Positions 27,375-37,604 of a stretch of 64,000 bases of DNA are shown piece by piece (the first letter of the stretch is position 1; each line of letters opens with the position of its first letter). Under the pieces are notes generated by a model. The model searched no databases. It saw only the letters and a list, made by a program, of their open reading frames with translations, and had not been told where the DNA came from. The position numbers and the translations under genes are program-made. Source of the stretch: Dehalococcoidia bacterium (GTDB lineage: Bacteria > Chloroflexota > Dehalococcoidia > Lucifugimonadales > UBA2985). The DNA lies in NCBI GenBank assembly GCA_034421435.1, contig DAOUKJ010000069.1, positions 22,013 to 86,012 on the forward strand. The letters run 5' to 3'.

Positions 27375-28265
27375 CTAGTTCTGCTGCCTGTTCTGCCTGA
27401 TGTAGTAGCCACCGGCTGCCATCAGAACCAGGGCCACTGCCACCAGACCGATCATCAGACCGGAGGTGGGGGCTACGTCGCCGACCACGGGAGGCAGAGG
27501 CGTGGGCGTGGCCGTGGGCGGGCGGGTTGCCGTCGGCGGCCGCGTCGCGGTCGGAGTGGGCGTTACCGTTGGGATACCGGGCAGAGGCGTAGCCGTCTGT
27601 GTAGGCGTGGGCGTGGGGGGAGCGGGGAAGCCCACTACTGCAAATGAGCCAAGCCTGCTCGCGGAGGTCGAAATCGTATCGTTGACCACGTCGACCTCGG
27701 TGGTGAGAAGCGACCAGGTTTCGAACGCGCTGTCGTACTTGTAGATGGTCAGCCTGGTGGGGTTGCCGTCTCCCGCCGAGAGGTCCGCATCGGAGTAGGC
27801 AATCGTGATGCCTGCGGCGCTATCGAGGCTCAAGCTGGCCATGCTCTCGCCAGCCGCGTCGTAACCGGTCAACTCGAAGAGCGTATCACCGAACGAGCCG
27901 CCGTCCGGCGCCGGTGCAGGAGCGCCCCTGGTCCTCATCGGAGCATACAGCAGGTAGCCTGCGGCCTTGGGGCCTGATGCCGGGACGGAGACTGTAACCT
28001 TGCCGTCTGGGGAGGTCAGGGTTGCGGCCATGCCGGGTGTGAGCTCAACAATGGCTCCGCCTTCGGGCACGTCGATTTCCGGGGCTTCGGTGGGTTCGGC
28101 CTCTTCGGTGGCTTCTCCGTCCGTGGAAGTGGTGCCCGCATCCTGTGCGCTGGCACTCTGCGGGCTACCGGCCCAGGCGGTAAGGTAAAGCGATGCAACT
28201 AGTGCGAGGATCCCTACTACGATGAGGGTATAGAGCAACCCTTTCGATTCCCTTAGTGCAGGCAT
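27375..28265 (-). CDS. Hypothetical exported protein with P/T-rich stalk and C-terminal TM anchor
   Basis: 296 aa. N-terminal hydrophobic segment, central domain with no motifs I recognise, …PTPTPTQTATP…TATRPPTATRPPTATPTP… then …VAPTSG-LMIGLVAVALVLMAAGGYYI-RQNRQQN. Confidence 0.55.
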   Translation of the reverse strand: MPALRESKGLLYTLIVVGILALVASLYLTAWAGSPQSASAQDAGTTSTDGEATEEAEPTEAPEIDVPEGGAIVELTPGMAATLTSPDGKVTVSVPASGPKAAGYLLYAPMRTRGAPAPAPDGGSFGDTLFELTGYDAAGESMASLSLDSAAGITIAYSDADLSAGDGNPTRLTIYKYDSAFETWSLLTTEVDVVNDTISTSASRLGSFAVVGFPAPPTPTPTQTATPLPGIPTVTPTPTATRPPTATRPPTATPTPLPPVVGDVAPTSGLMIGLVAVALVLMAAGGYYIRQNRQQN

Positions 28266-28614
28266 TGTGCCCTCCTGGCGTCCATATCTGCTATCGACAA
28301 CTTGAGTCCGTCACCGGCAGGGAAGGCTCGCAGGTGCGCGGTACAACCTCTCCGCCGTCACTCTGGCGAAAGCTAGCGGTAAGCCTACTACAAGACCGCG
28401 CCTTAGTCAAGACGTAAGGAGTGCATTTGTGCAGAGTATGCGAATCCGGTAGAGCAATTGAGGTTCGTTGATACTCGCGGTTCGGCGGCCGTGCCGGTAC
28501 GCCCCATCGATATGTACGGCCGTCTGCCCCTGTGCTATGCTACGGCCCTGTCGCAGGCATGCCCAATCGGCGGCGGCTCTCCCGCCGCTCGACGCCTGCC
28601 GTTGTGAGACGAAA

Positions 28615-29547
28615 ATGACACCCACCAAGATTCTGGTCACAGGGGGCGCGGGGTTCATCGGTTCCCACGTGGTGGACCGGCTGCTGGAGCTTGGCCATGA
28701 AGTCGCTGTCATCGATGACCTCTCATCCGGTAGAGCGGCAAACCTCTCGCCTGCTGCCAAGCTCTACGATACGGACATCGCCGGACCGTCCCTGGACGAT
28801 GTGCTCCGCGCCGAAAGGCCGGAGGTGGTCTGCCACTACGCCGCCCAGATCAGCGTGCCTCAGTCCATGCGCGATCCCGTCGCGGACGCCGGCATCAACA
28901 TACTTGGCTCGCTGAACCTGCTACAGAGCTGCGTGCGAAACGGAGTCCGCAAGGTGGTCTACACGTCCAGCGGCGGCGCCATCTACGGCGAACCCCAGTA
29001 CCTGCCCTGCGACGAGGCCCACCCCGTGAACCCGCTGTCGTTCTACGGCGCTTCCAAGTACGCCGTCGAGAAGTACCTGTACGTCTACCGGCTGGAGCAC
29101 GGGCTGGACTACACGGCGCTGCGGCTCGGCAACGTCTACGGCCCGCGGCAAGACCCCACGGGAGAGGCAGGAGTGGTTGCCATCTTCGCGCAGGCGATGC
29201 TGCGGGGCAGGCCCCTGACCATCTACGGCACGGGCGAGCAGGAGCGGGATTTCGTCTACGTGCGAGACGTGGTTGAGGCCAGCGTCGCAGCCATCGAACA
29301 GGGCGGAGGCGAGTCGTACAACATCGCCACCGGCACAGGCACGTCGATCAACCGCATCTACTCGCTGCTGAAGGACGGCGCGGCGTACGCGGGAGAGGCA
29401 TCTTACGGGCCAGCGCGTCCCGGCGAGGTGTTCAGGATCTACCTGGACATTGCGAAGGCGCAGGATGGACTTGGGTGGGTGCCGCGCTACACGCTGGAGG
29501 ACGGGCTGCGGGAGACGCTGCAGTGGTTTGGGGAAGGTGGGGGGTAG
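28615..29547 (+). CDS. NAD-dependent sugar-nucleotide epimerase (UDP-glucose 4-epimerase family)
   Basis: ATG 28615 gives MTPTKILVTGGAGFIGSHVV. YGASKYAVE catalytic YxxxK. The ORF-track start 28468 is an upstream extension. Confidence 0.85.
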   Translation: MTPTKILVTGGAGFIGSHVVDRLLELGHEVAVIDDLSSGRAANLSPAAKLYDTDIAGPSLDDVLRAERPEVVCHYAAQISVPQSMRDPVADAGINILGSLNLLQSCVRNGVRKVVYTSSGGAIYGEPQYLPCDEAHPVNPLSFYGASKYAVEKYLYVYRLEHGLDYTALRLGNVYGPRQDPTGEAGVVAIFAQAMLRGRPLTIYGTGEQERDFVYVRDVVEASVAAIEQGGGESYNIATGTGTSINRIYSLLKDGAAYAGEASYGPARPGEVFRIYLDIAKAQDGLGWVPRYTLEDGLRETLQWFGEGGG

Positions 29548-29871
29548 GAGCGCACATTTCTGCGTTGTCTCACGATGAAGGAGGCTTCGAAGCTAGTTCT
29601 CCGCAAGTGCTGCGTAGGATGCTACTCGAAACCACTTTCCAAACGTTGGTAACCCGATGCGCATCCGTGCTAGAATTGTAATGGTCAGGAACAGAAGTTC
29701 CCAAGCCTGTTCAGCAAGTACAGAGCCCCAAATCCCCTGAACAACCCAGACGGCGGGGCCCTCGATAGGCAAGGTAGTGAGGGGAAAACCCGCAGGCTGG
29801 GGCAGCGCATTTCCAACCTGGCAGAAGAGTTCATCGCTAGGTGTTCATAGACGGCGGCACGGAGAATTGCA

Positions 29872-30495
29872 TTGAGTTCCAAGACAACGGGCCAGGAGAA
29901 GCGCATTCTCGAACAGTTGCGGGCCAAGCAACGCGATGACCCTGAGGGGTTCCGCAAGTACCTCCCTGGCGTGGAGGAGTTGCTACCGCCACTGCAACAG
30001 AGCAGCAAGAGCAGGTCTCCCTTCGGCCTCACGGAGCGTGAACGCGTCTGCCACGAGGATGGACTGGCGGCCGCCTTGGCCGCGCTCCGGCAGCGCGCCA
30101 TCGGCAGGGATGAAGCACTGAGGGCGCTCCAACACTGCGCGGAGTTGATCAGGGACGACAATCTGCCGGACGCTGTAGACCACGAAACCATGAAGAGCCT
30201 GCTCGCGGCTGCAATCGGCAAGTCGCCCGGCTCCATCAAGGCCAAGACCACCATACCGCTGGTTGACGACCCCAACGCGCCGATCCTGGAGACTGTATCC
30301 GCGATCCGCGGCGTCTACCTGAACCTCGGCAAAGGGCACCGGCTGGTATCCATCGGCGTCAACCCGACCAAGGTCAAGGAGTTCCGCGAGATGATGAAGA
30401 TCATCGGTATAGTCGGGGGCGTAGATACAGCCACGGATGTCGCGGCCCGGCACGACGACTACTTGGCGGCACAGGACCCACATGCCGGCCCCTGA
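29872..30495 (+). CDS. Hypothetical 207-aa protein overlapping the PIN gene (putative atypical antitoxin)
   Basis: TTG start 7 nt after GGAG. No motif I can name. The stop overlaps the PIN ATG by 14 nt. The C-terminal tail …DVAARHDDYLAAQ… resembles antitoxin tails (weak). Confidence 0.45.
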   Translation: MSSKTTGQEKRILEQLRAKQRDDPEGFRKYLPGVEELLPPLQQSSKSRSPFGLTERERVCHEDGLAAALAALRQRAIGRDEALRALQHCAELIRDDNLPDAVDHETMKSLLAAAIGKSPGSIKAKTTIPLVDDPNAPILETVSAIRGVYLNLGKGHRLVSIGVNPTKVKEFREMMKIIGIVGGVDTATDVAARHDDYLAAQDPHAGP

Positions 30496-30892
30496 GTCCG
30501 TCCTGCTGGATACCTCGGCGATTTTCGCCCTCTTCATTCCGAGCGACGCCTTCCATCAAAGGGCCATCGCCGCTTACGAGAGGCTCGCCGACAGGGAACC
30601 GGGTCTTTGGGTAACGTCATACACGCTGGTGGAGACCTTTGCCCTGATGCATCGCCGCCACGGATTTAAGGTCTTGTCTCGGCTGTCCGAGTGGCAGCGT
30701 TCGGCCCTCGAAATCTACTGGATTGGTCAAGCCGTCCACGATGAGGCCTGGCGGCAGCTCGCCGCGAATCAAGGGCGCGGCCTTAGCTTTGTAGACTGGT
30801 CGACTGTGGTCGTATCTCGCCGCTATCGCGCTCACGTCTTCACATTCGACCCAGGCTTCGCAACGCAGGGACTTTCCGTAGTTCCCCGATAA
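30482..30892 (+). CDS. PIN-domain ribonuclease (VapC-like toxin)
   Basis: …VLLDTSAIFALF… (first acidic residue), …TSYTLVETFALM…, …FVDWSTVVV…, …VFTFDPGF…. ATG 30482 is inside the upstream ORF's end. Confidence 0.75.
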   Translation: MPAPESVLLDTSAIFALFIPSDAFHQRAIAAYERLADREPGLWVTSYTLVETFALMHRRHGFKVLSRLSEWQRSALEIYWIGQAVHDEAWRQLAANQGRGLSFVDWSTVVVSRRYRAHVFTFDPGFATQGLSVVPR

Positions 30893-30982
30893 GAGTCGCC
30901 GCCCCCCACCGTTGAACCGGCCTTCCCGGCTGTTGTAACATAGGCGCGATAGCCACCACTCATTCCCATCGGCAGGTCGTGT

Positions 30983-33007
30983 ATGGACGACTTCAGGTAC
31001 TCTCGCTGGGACGGAACACAGCAGGTCTTCGAGCCGTCGGAAGAGGACGTGATGGAGGAGATCGCCGACGACCTCATGGGTCACGGCGACCTCATGCGCT
31101 CCCTTCGCAACCTGTTCCAGCGCGGCATGCAGGACCCGTCCGGCCAGCGCATGCAGGGACTGCGCGACATGCTTCAGCGCCTCCGCGAGAGGCGGCAGGA
31201 GCAGCTGGGACGCTACAACCTCGACTCCGTCCTGGACGACATCAAGGAACGCCTGAGCAACATCACAGACGCCGAGCGCCATGGCATCGACCGGCGCGTC
31301 GACGAGGCAAGGCAGCAGCAGGCGCAATCGCCGCCCGACGAGGCCGCGCAGCGCGAGCAGCTCATGCGCATGCTGGAGGAGCGGGCCGCTCGCAACCGCG
31401 AGCGTCTTGATAACCTGCCGGAAAGCCCCGCCGGCGCCATCCGCGAGCTCAACGACTACGAATTCATGGACCCGGAGGCGCAGCGCCAGTTCCAGGAGCT
31501 AATGGACCTGCTGAAGCAGCGAGTGCTGGAGAACACCTTCCAGGACATGCGGCAGCGCTTGCAGAACATGACGCCAGGGGACATGGCAGCAATGCGCCAG
31601 ATGCTCCGCGACCTGAACCAAATGCTGCAGGACCGGATGAGCGGGCAGGAGCCGGACTTCCAGGGCTTCATGGACCGGTACGGAAACCTGTTCGGGGACG
31701 AGCCGCCGCAGGACCTCGACGAGCTTCTGGAACAGTTGCAGAGCCGCATGGGTCAGGCTCAGTCGCTGATGAACAGCATGTCCTCTGAGATGCGGCAGGA
31801 GCTGCAACAGCTCATGGAGGAGGCGCTCGACGCGGAGACGATGAGCGAGATGGCGCAGCTAGCCGCGGCCATGAACCGTCTATACCCGCCGGACGAGATG
31901 GCCAACCGGTATCCGTTCCTCGGCGACGACTCGCTTACGTACGACGAGGCTATGGAGCTGATGGGCCAGCTACAGAACATGGACGAGCTTGAGGACCAGA
32001 TACGCGAGGCCACCCGCAGGGGCAACCTCGAGGACCTGGACCTGGATGAGGTGCAGGAGATACTCGGTGACGACGCACGGCGCGACCTGGAGCAGCTTCA
32101 GCGCATCGCCAAAATGCTGGAGGAGGCCGGCTACGTCACGCAGCGGGGCAACCGGCTGGAGCTGACGCCCAAGGGCATCCGGCGCATCGGCCAGAAGGCT
32201 ATGAAGGACATCTTCGCGCAGATCAAGCGCGACCGCATCGGCCAGCACCAGATGCACATGCGAGGCGCCGGCGGCGAGCGCTACGGCGACACCAAGCAGT
32301 ACGAGTTCGGCGACCCGTTCGACCTGCACCTGGAGCGCACCATCAGGAACGCTCTACTCAACCGCGGCGGCGGCACTCCGGTGAGGATCGCGCCGCAGGA
32401 CTTCGAGGTGCACGTGCCGGAGCACTCGTCGCAGGCGTCAACGGTGCTCCTGCTCGACCAGAGCCGCTCGATGGGCATGTACGGGAGCTTCCTTGCCGCC
32501 AAGAAAGTGGCGATGGCCCTTTCGACCCTGATTCGCACGCAGTTCCCGCGCGACAGGCTCTACATCGTTGGGTTCTCCGACTACGCCATCGAGATCAGCG
32601 AAGACGAGCTAGCGCAGGTGACCTGGAACGACTGGCAGTCCGGCACCAACATGCATCACGCGCTCATGCTGTCCCGCAAGCTGCTGGCCAAGGACAAGGG
32701 CGGCACCCGTCAGATCCTCATGGTCACGGACGGCGAGCCTACATGCCACCTGGAAGGCGATTACTCCTACTTCAGCTACCCGCCAAGCTACCAGACGATA
32801 CGCGAGACGTTGAAAGAAGTGCGAAGATGCACGCAGGAAGGCATCACCATCAACACCTTCATGCTGGAGAGCAGCGCCTACCTGGTGGACTTTGTGGACA
32901 AGATGATGCGAATCAACCGCGGCCGCGCATTCTACTCCGGCCCCGGCAGCCTGGGGCAGTACGTGCTGGTGGACTACATGTCGAACCGCAGGCGGCGCAT
33001 CGCCTGA
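30983..33007 (+). CDS. von Willebrand factor A (VWA) domain protein with long Q/E/M-rich helical N-terminal region
   Basis: 674 aa. C-terminal VWA with MIDAS-type …VLLLDQSRSMG… and …ILMVTDGEPT…. Confidence 0.8.
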   Translation: MDDFRYSRWDGTQQVFEPSEEDVMEEIADDLMGHGDLMRSLRNLFQRGMQDPSGQRMQGLRDMLQRLRERRQEQLGRYNLDSVLDDIKERLSNITDAERHGIDRRVDEARQQQAQSPPDEAAQREQLMRMLEERAARNRERLDNLPESPAGAIRELNDYEFMDPEAQRQFQELMDLLKQRVLENTFQDMRQRLQNMTPGDMAAMRQMLRDLNQMLQDRMSGQEPDFQGFMDRYGNLFGDEPPQDLDELLEQLQSRMGQAQSLMNSMSSEMRQELQQLMEEALDAETMSEMAQLAAAMNRLYPPDEMANRYPFLGDDSLTYDEAMELMGQLQNMDELEDQIREATRRGNLEDLDLDEVQEILGDDARRDLEQLQRIAKMLEEAGYVTQRGNRLELTPKGIRRIGQKAMKDIFAQIKRDRIGQHQMHMRGAGGERYGDTKQYEFGDPFDLHLERTIRNALLNRGGGTPVRIAPQDFEVHVPEHSSQASTVLLLDQSRSMGMYGSFLAAKKVAMALSTLIRTQFPRDRLYIVGFSDYAIEISEDELAQVTWNDWQSGTNMHHALMLSRKLLAKDKGGTRQILMVTDGEPTCHLEGDYSYFSYPPSYQTIRETLKEVRRCTQEGITINTFMLESSAYLVDFVDKMMRINRGRAFYSGPGSLGQYVLVDYMSNRRRRIA

Positions 33008-33022
33008 GGCTGCGCGCCCGCT

Positions 33023-33634
33023 CTACGTTCTGGCCAGGAAATCAAGCGCCACGCGGTTGAACTCGTCCGGCTGCTCGTTGTTGATGGTGTGGCCGCCCTC
33101 CAGCACCACAAGCTCTGCGTTGGGCATCTCCGCCGCCATCTCCTCGCCGTGCTCCGGCGGGAAGATGTGGTCGTCGGTGGCCTGCACCACCAGCACGGGC
33201 ACGGTGATGGCAGAAAGCTCGCCGAGGCGACGCGGGAAGTAGACCGATCCGGGGCGGTCGCCGTCTCGCCTCCTGGCCGTTGCGCTGACGATGAGCGCGG
33301 CGCGGCACATGCTCTGGTACCGCATGAGGAACTCGATGAGCAGCATTCCGCCGTACGACACGCCTCCAAGGTACGCCTGCTCCAAGCCCAGGCTGTCCAT
33401 CAGCTGCTTCATATCCTCCACCCACAGATACGACCTCTGCGGAACGTCAACGGGCGTGGAGCGGCCGCAGCCGCGGCGATCGTAGCGAATCACTCGGTAT
33501 TGGCGTGACAGCGCGTCGACCTGCGGGTCCCACTCCGTCACGTCGCTGAAACCGCCGTGCCCGAGCAGTATCGGGTAGCCGTCGCCCGTCTCCTCGTAGT
33601 ACAGCTCCACGTCCTTCAGCTTGGCGTATGGCAT
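33023..33634 (-). CDS. Alpha/beta-fold hydrolase
   Basis: 203 aa. …PILLGHGGFSD…, nucleophile elbow …GGVSYGG…, C-terminal …GGHTINNEQPDEF…. Confidence 0.8.
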   Translation of the reverse strand: MPYAKLKDVELYYEETGDGYPILLGHGGFSDVTEWDPQVDALSRQYRVIRYDRRGCGRSTPVDVPQRSYLWVEDMKQLMDSLGLEQAYLGGVSYGGMLLIEFLMRYQSMCRAALIVSATARRRDGDRPGSVYFPRRLGELSAITVPVLVVQATDDHIFPPEHGEEMAAEMPNAELVVLEGGHTINNEQPDEFNRVALDFLART

Positions 33635-33658
33635 GGCTTCTCACTCCTGCGCCGGCCT

Positions 33659-34381
33659 CTACAGCCCGGCAGTGATGCTCCTCTGCAAGTCGATGTGCTC
33701 CCGGATGCCCTTCTCTGCGAGAGAGAGAATGCCGTCCATCGCCTGCCTTGAGAATGCGCTTCCCTCAGCCGTGCCCTGGACTTCGATGAAGTCGCCGTCG
33801 CCGGTCATGACCACGTTGAAGTCCACGTCGGCGCGGGAGTCCTCGTCGTAGCACAGGTCTAGGATCGCCTCGCCGTCCACCAGCCCAACGCTCGTGGCCG
33901 CCACCGCGGTGGTGAGTGGCACGGACGAAATGGCGCCGGTCTTGACCAGGTACGCCAGCGCCTGGTACAGCGCGACGTAGGCGCCGGTGATGGCGGCCGT
34001 CCGCGTACCGCCGTCGGCTTGCAGCACGTCGCAGTCGATAGTCAGCGTGCGCTCGCCGAGCGCCTTCATCTCGACCACGGCCCTGAGGGAGCGGCCGATC
34101 AGGCGCTGGATCTCCTGAGTGCGGCCGTCCACACGGCCGGCCTCGCGCTCCCTGGCGCGCCGGGTGAGCGTGGAGCGAGGCAGCATGCCGTACTCCGCGG
34201 TGACCCACCCGCGGCCCTGGCCACGCAGGAAGGGCGGCACCCGCTCCTCCACGGAGGCCGTGCAGATCACGCGAGTTTCTCCAACCTCGATGAGTGCGGA
34301 GCCTTCGGGGAACGCCAGGTAGGAAGGCGTAATCCTGACCTCGCGCGGCTGGTCGTTGGCCCTGCCGTCAACCCTGAACAT
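33659..34381 (-). CDS. rph: Ribonuclease PH
   Basis: [17 protein letters not shown]…[17 protein letters not shown]…[11 protein letters not shown]…R….[11 protein letters not shown]…[21 protein letters not shown] 34381 follows AAGGAGG. Confidence 0.9.
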   Translation of the reverse strand: MFRVDGRANDQPREVRITPSYLAFPEGSALIEVGETRVICTASVEERVPPFLRGQGRGWVTAEYGMLPRSTLTRRAREREAGRVDGRTQEIQRLIGRSLRAVVEMKALGERTLTIDCDVLQADGGTRTAAITGAYVALYQALAYLVKTGAISSVPLTTAVAATSVGLVDGEAILDLCYDEDSRADVDFNVVMTGDGDFIEVQGTAEGSAFSRQAMDGILSLAEKGIREHIDLQRSITAGL

Positions 34382-34430
34382 GCGGCGGTGTCCTCCTTGC
34401 GACTGCCAAGTATAGCACACCGGGCCTCTC

Positions 34431-36872
34431 CTACCGCTCTGTGTGGACGCTCAGGCTCACCCCGTCCGACACGATTTCAACGCTGCCGTGCTCATGGGTG
34501 CTGAACACGCGGTCGTTGCCGAGTGCCTCCGTCAGCGTCTCCACCACCTCAGGGTGAGGGTGCCCGAATCGGTTATCGGCGCCAACCGAAATGACGGCCA
34601 CCTGTGGCGACACCTCCCGCAGGAAGTCCGGCGTGGTCGACGTGCGACTGCCCTGGTGGCCCACCTTCAGCACCGTGCTGTCCAGGTGATGCGAGCGCCG
34701 CAGCAGGTAGTTTTCGGCGTCCCACTGGATGTCGCCCGCCAGCAGGAACGAGGTCTCGCCGTAGACCAGGCGTGTAACCACTGAGGAGTTGTTGAGGTCC
34801 GATGACGTGCCCACCAGCAACTCTTCCGGAGGGTACAGCACCTCCAGCAGCAGACCGTGATCGAGCTGTATGTGCTGCCCGGGCAGTGCCTGCACCACCG
34901 GCCCATCTCTCGCGCTCAGCACCGCCCGCCACGATGCGTACTCGGACGACGTATGTTCGACCTCTCGCTCCAGCACAAGCGCAGCATCGTACCGGCGCAG
35001 CGCTTCGATCAGACCTGCAGCATGGTCGGCGTGCGGATGAGTGAGCACCACCAGGTCCAGGCTGCGATCCCAGAACGGCATGCGCTCGCCGAGGAGGTTG
35101 AGCAGGAGCTTGGGGTCAGGCCCGCCGTCGATCAGCACCTGCCGGCCTCCCGGCGTAACGATGAATATCGAGTCCCCCTGGCCCACGTCCAGGTACGTGA
35201 CGTGCAGACGACCGTCGGGACGTTCGAGGGCTGCGGCCCACGTGGCCGCGGTTGCCAGCATCATCACCGCAATGATCGACCAGAGACCCAGGCCTCCGAA
35301 CCGGCCGCGATCGCCCGCCGCTCCCGGCATTGCCGGCAACTCTGGCCGAGAGGGAGCCGTGCGCCGCATCCCTGACAGCGGGCGCAGCATCATCGTTCCA
35401 GCCAGTGCCGCGTAGTAGGCCACAACGAGGGGCGCTCCCATCCAACCCACGCGGACGGCCGAGCCCGGTATGGCGTCGAACAGCTCCACCACCTGCTTCA
35501 GGTACGACAGGCACAGCCACGCGATCCAGGCCGCCGGCCGCGCTGCGCTCGCGTCCAACAAGCCAAGCGCCGACGTCAGGAGCGCGGAACCCAGGATGAG
35601 CGGCATCGCCGGCATGGCCAGCAGAGTGGCGGGAAGGCTCACCAACGACACGTAGTGGAAGTAGTAGGCCACCAACGGTAGCGTTGCCAGCGTGGCCGCC
35701 ACCGATGCCGCGACTGCAAAGGTGAGTTCACGGCTCCAGGGGCGCTCCGGGCCTGCGGGCAGCGCGAGCTGGAGCCGGCGCTCTATGGGCGGCGTGAGTA
35801 GCACTAGCCCGGCCATTGCAGCGAAGCTCAGCTGGAAGGAGACGCTGGTCAGAATCGCAGGGCTCAGCCCCACCATCACCGCGGCCGCCGCGGCGAGCGC
35901 GGGCATCCCGCTGTTCTGCCTGCCCAGGTACAGTCCAGCCAGATAGACGCTGCCCATGATCGCTGCCCTCTGCACCGAGGGCGACATGCCGGACAGGGCA
36001 GCGTACATCCAAACGGCGGCGAGCGGCGCTAGCACGTAGACCTGGCCCCGCGCTCCGAATACCCACCTGCTGGCCGCCAGGGAGAGGGCAAGAAACACTC
36101 CAACGTGCAGGCCGGAGATGGCCAGGAGATGGGACGTGCCGGTCTCCCGAAATGCGCGGACTAGGTCTGAGGGTATGGAGCTTCTGATTCCCAGCAGGAT
36201 TGCTTGCGCCATTGCCCCCTGCGGCTCGGAGAGAGACTGCGACAGGTTCTGCGACAGCCTGTGCCGCAGGCGGTAGATTCCTCCAAGCTGCTGGTTGCCC
36301 TCACCCTCGCCTGCCAGCGCCAGCCTTGGATACAGCATCACCGAGTGGATGCCCTGACGTGCCAGGTAGTCACGATAGTCGAAGTCCTGGAAGGACTCCG
36401 GCTGCTCGACTTTCCCGGTCACGACCAGCCGGTCGCCGTAACGCAGGAGCGGGTCGCGGCCCGTCTCGACCATCGCGGCCGGCGGCCTCGCGGTGACAAG
36501 CAGCCCGCCTTGGGACTCCTGCCAATCGTCTCCCAGCAGCACCCTTTCCACGTCGAGACGGAAGTGCCAGCCGGAGGAGCGGCGGTCCGGGTCGGCTACG
36601 ACCACTCCCTGCACCGATACGCTATCCTGGCCGTTGTAGTTTTGGATGGGCGGCGCAATCCCGTCATCCATCCCTGCGCCTGCTCTCAGCGCTCCAAGCG
36701 CAATGAGCGCTATCACCACGGCAGGCAGCACGGGCCGCGCTCGCAGCCTGAGCAGCAGAGCAAGGACGAGGGCTTCCACAAGCACCGCGAACATGCCGAT
36801 CGCGGGGATGTGTACCAGCGTGGCCAGGTAGATTCCAGCGGTCCAGCCTGCTGCGAGCAGGACCAACCGCAC
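34431..36872 (-). CDS. comEC: DNA internalisation competence protein ComEC/Rec2 (with C-terminal MBL domain)
   Basis: 813 aa. Polytopic competence domain (…[12 protein letters not shown]…) and C-terminal metallo-beta-lactamase region (…[12 protein letters not shown]…). Confidence 0.85.
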   Translation of the reverse strand: MRLVLLAAGWTAGIYLATLVHIPAIGMFAVLVEALVLALLLRLRARPVLPAVVIALIALGALRAGAGMDDGIAPPIQNYNGQDSVSVQGVVVADPDRRSSGWHFRLDVERVLLGDDWQESQGGLLVTARPPAAMVETGRDPLLRYGDRLVVTGKVEQPESFQDFDYRDYLARQGIHSVMLYPRLALAGEGEGNQQLGGIYRLRHRLSQNLSQSLSEPQGAMAQAILLGIRSSIPSDLVRAFRETGTSHLLAISGLHVGVFLALSLAASRWVFGARGQVYVLAPLAAVWMYAALSGMSPSVQRAAIMGSVYLAGLYLGRQNSGMPALAAAAAVMVGLSPAILTSVSFQLSFAAMAGLVLLTPPIERRLQLALPAGPERPWSRELTFAVAASVAATLATLPLVAYYFHYVSLVSLPATLLAMPAMPLILGSALLTSALGLLDASAARPAAWIAWLCLSYLKQVVELFDAIPGSAVRVGWMGAPLVVAYYAALAGTMMLRPLSGMRRTAPSRPELPAMPGAAGDRGRFGGLGLWSIIAVMMLATAATWAAALERPDGRLHVTYLDVGQGDSIFIVTPGGRQVLIDGGPDPKLLLNLLGERMPFWDRSLDLVVLTHPHADHAAGLIEALRRYDAALVLEREVEHTSSEYASWRAVLSARDGPVVQALPGQHIQLDHGLLLEVLYPPEELLVGTSSDLNNSSVVTRLVYGETSFLLAGDIQWDAENYLLRRSHHLDSTVLKVGHQGSRTSTTPDFLREVSPQVAVISVGADNRFGHPHPEVVETLTEALGNDRVFSTHEHGSVEIVSDGVSLSVHTER

Positions 36873-36874
36873 GG

Positions 36875-37486
36875 CTACTCTACCGTCGCGAAGTCTAGAA
36901 GGCTGTCCACGGTCTTGGGGCCAAGGCCGGGTACCAGCAGCAGATCCTCTGCCCGGGAGAACGGGCCTACCGCAGTTCGGTACGCGATGATGTCGTCAGC
37001 CCTTCCTGGCCCGATACCGGGAAGCTTCTGCAGCTCCTCGGCCGTCGCAGTGTTGATGTTGACCCCGGCCGATGCCGGCGACGCATCGGGCGAATCGACC
37101 TTCTCTCCGATGCCGGGTATGTAGAAGTGGTCCTCGTCTCTGGCGCGCAGCGAGGGGTTGACTCTCCTAGTGTCGGCGTCACCTGTGAGTCCTCCTGCCA
37201 TCTCCAGCACGTCTTCCAGCCTGTCGCCCGGCTGTACGGAGTAGACGCCCGGACGGTTCACCGCGCCGTTGACGTATACCTTGAGCTCAGGCTGCGGCGT
37301 GGCAGTGGGAAGCGTCACCACGATCGGGCCGGGAGAGGGCTGTAGCAACAGCACGGTTGCTCCCACTCCAAGGGCGGCCAGGCAGAGAAACAGGAGGACG
37401 AGCTGAATGGACGGTTTCAATAGGGAACTCACACCGGGGACAGGGCCACTATAGGCGACGCATATATGGGTGTCAAGAAACCTCAT
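36875..37486 (-). CDS. comEA: ComEA-type DNA receptor (SLBB plus helix-hairpin-helix)
   Basis: N-terminal TM, …VYVNGAVNRPGVYSV…GDRLEDVL…, C-terminal …INTATAEELQKLPGIGPGRADDIIAYR…. Ends 3 nt before comEC. Confidence 0.8.
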   Translation of the reverse strand: MRFLDTHICVAYSGPVPGVSSLLKPSIQLVLLFLCLAALGVGATVLLLQPSPGPIVVTLPTATPQPELKVYVNGAVNRPGVYSVQPGDRLEDVLEMAGGLTGDADTRRVNPSLRARDEDHFYIPGIGEKVDSPDASPASAGVNINTATAEELQKLPGIGPGRADDIIAYRTAVGPFSRAEDLLLVPGLGPKTVDSLLDFATVE

Positions 37487-37534
37487 GAACCGTCGTCTGG
37501 ACTCACACCGGCAGGCGAAAGTGAGATATTACAA

Positions 37535-37564
37535 TTGACGCAAGCCTGAGTGTTGTGCTATATT
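37535..37564 (+). promoter_or_regulatory. Near-consensus promoter of the infC-rpmI-rplT operon (TTGACG-N18-TATATT)
   Basis: aaTTGACGcaagcctgagtgttgtgcTATATTctg, about 40 nt upstream of the proposed infC start. Confidence 0.5.
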
Positions 37565-37604
37565 CTGCGTCACTAATTCCAGAACCAACGGCGGGGGGAA
37601 GGGC

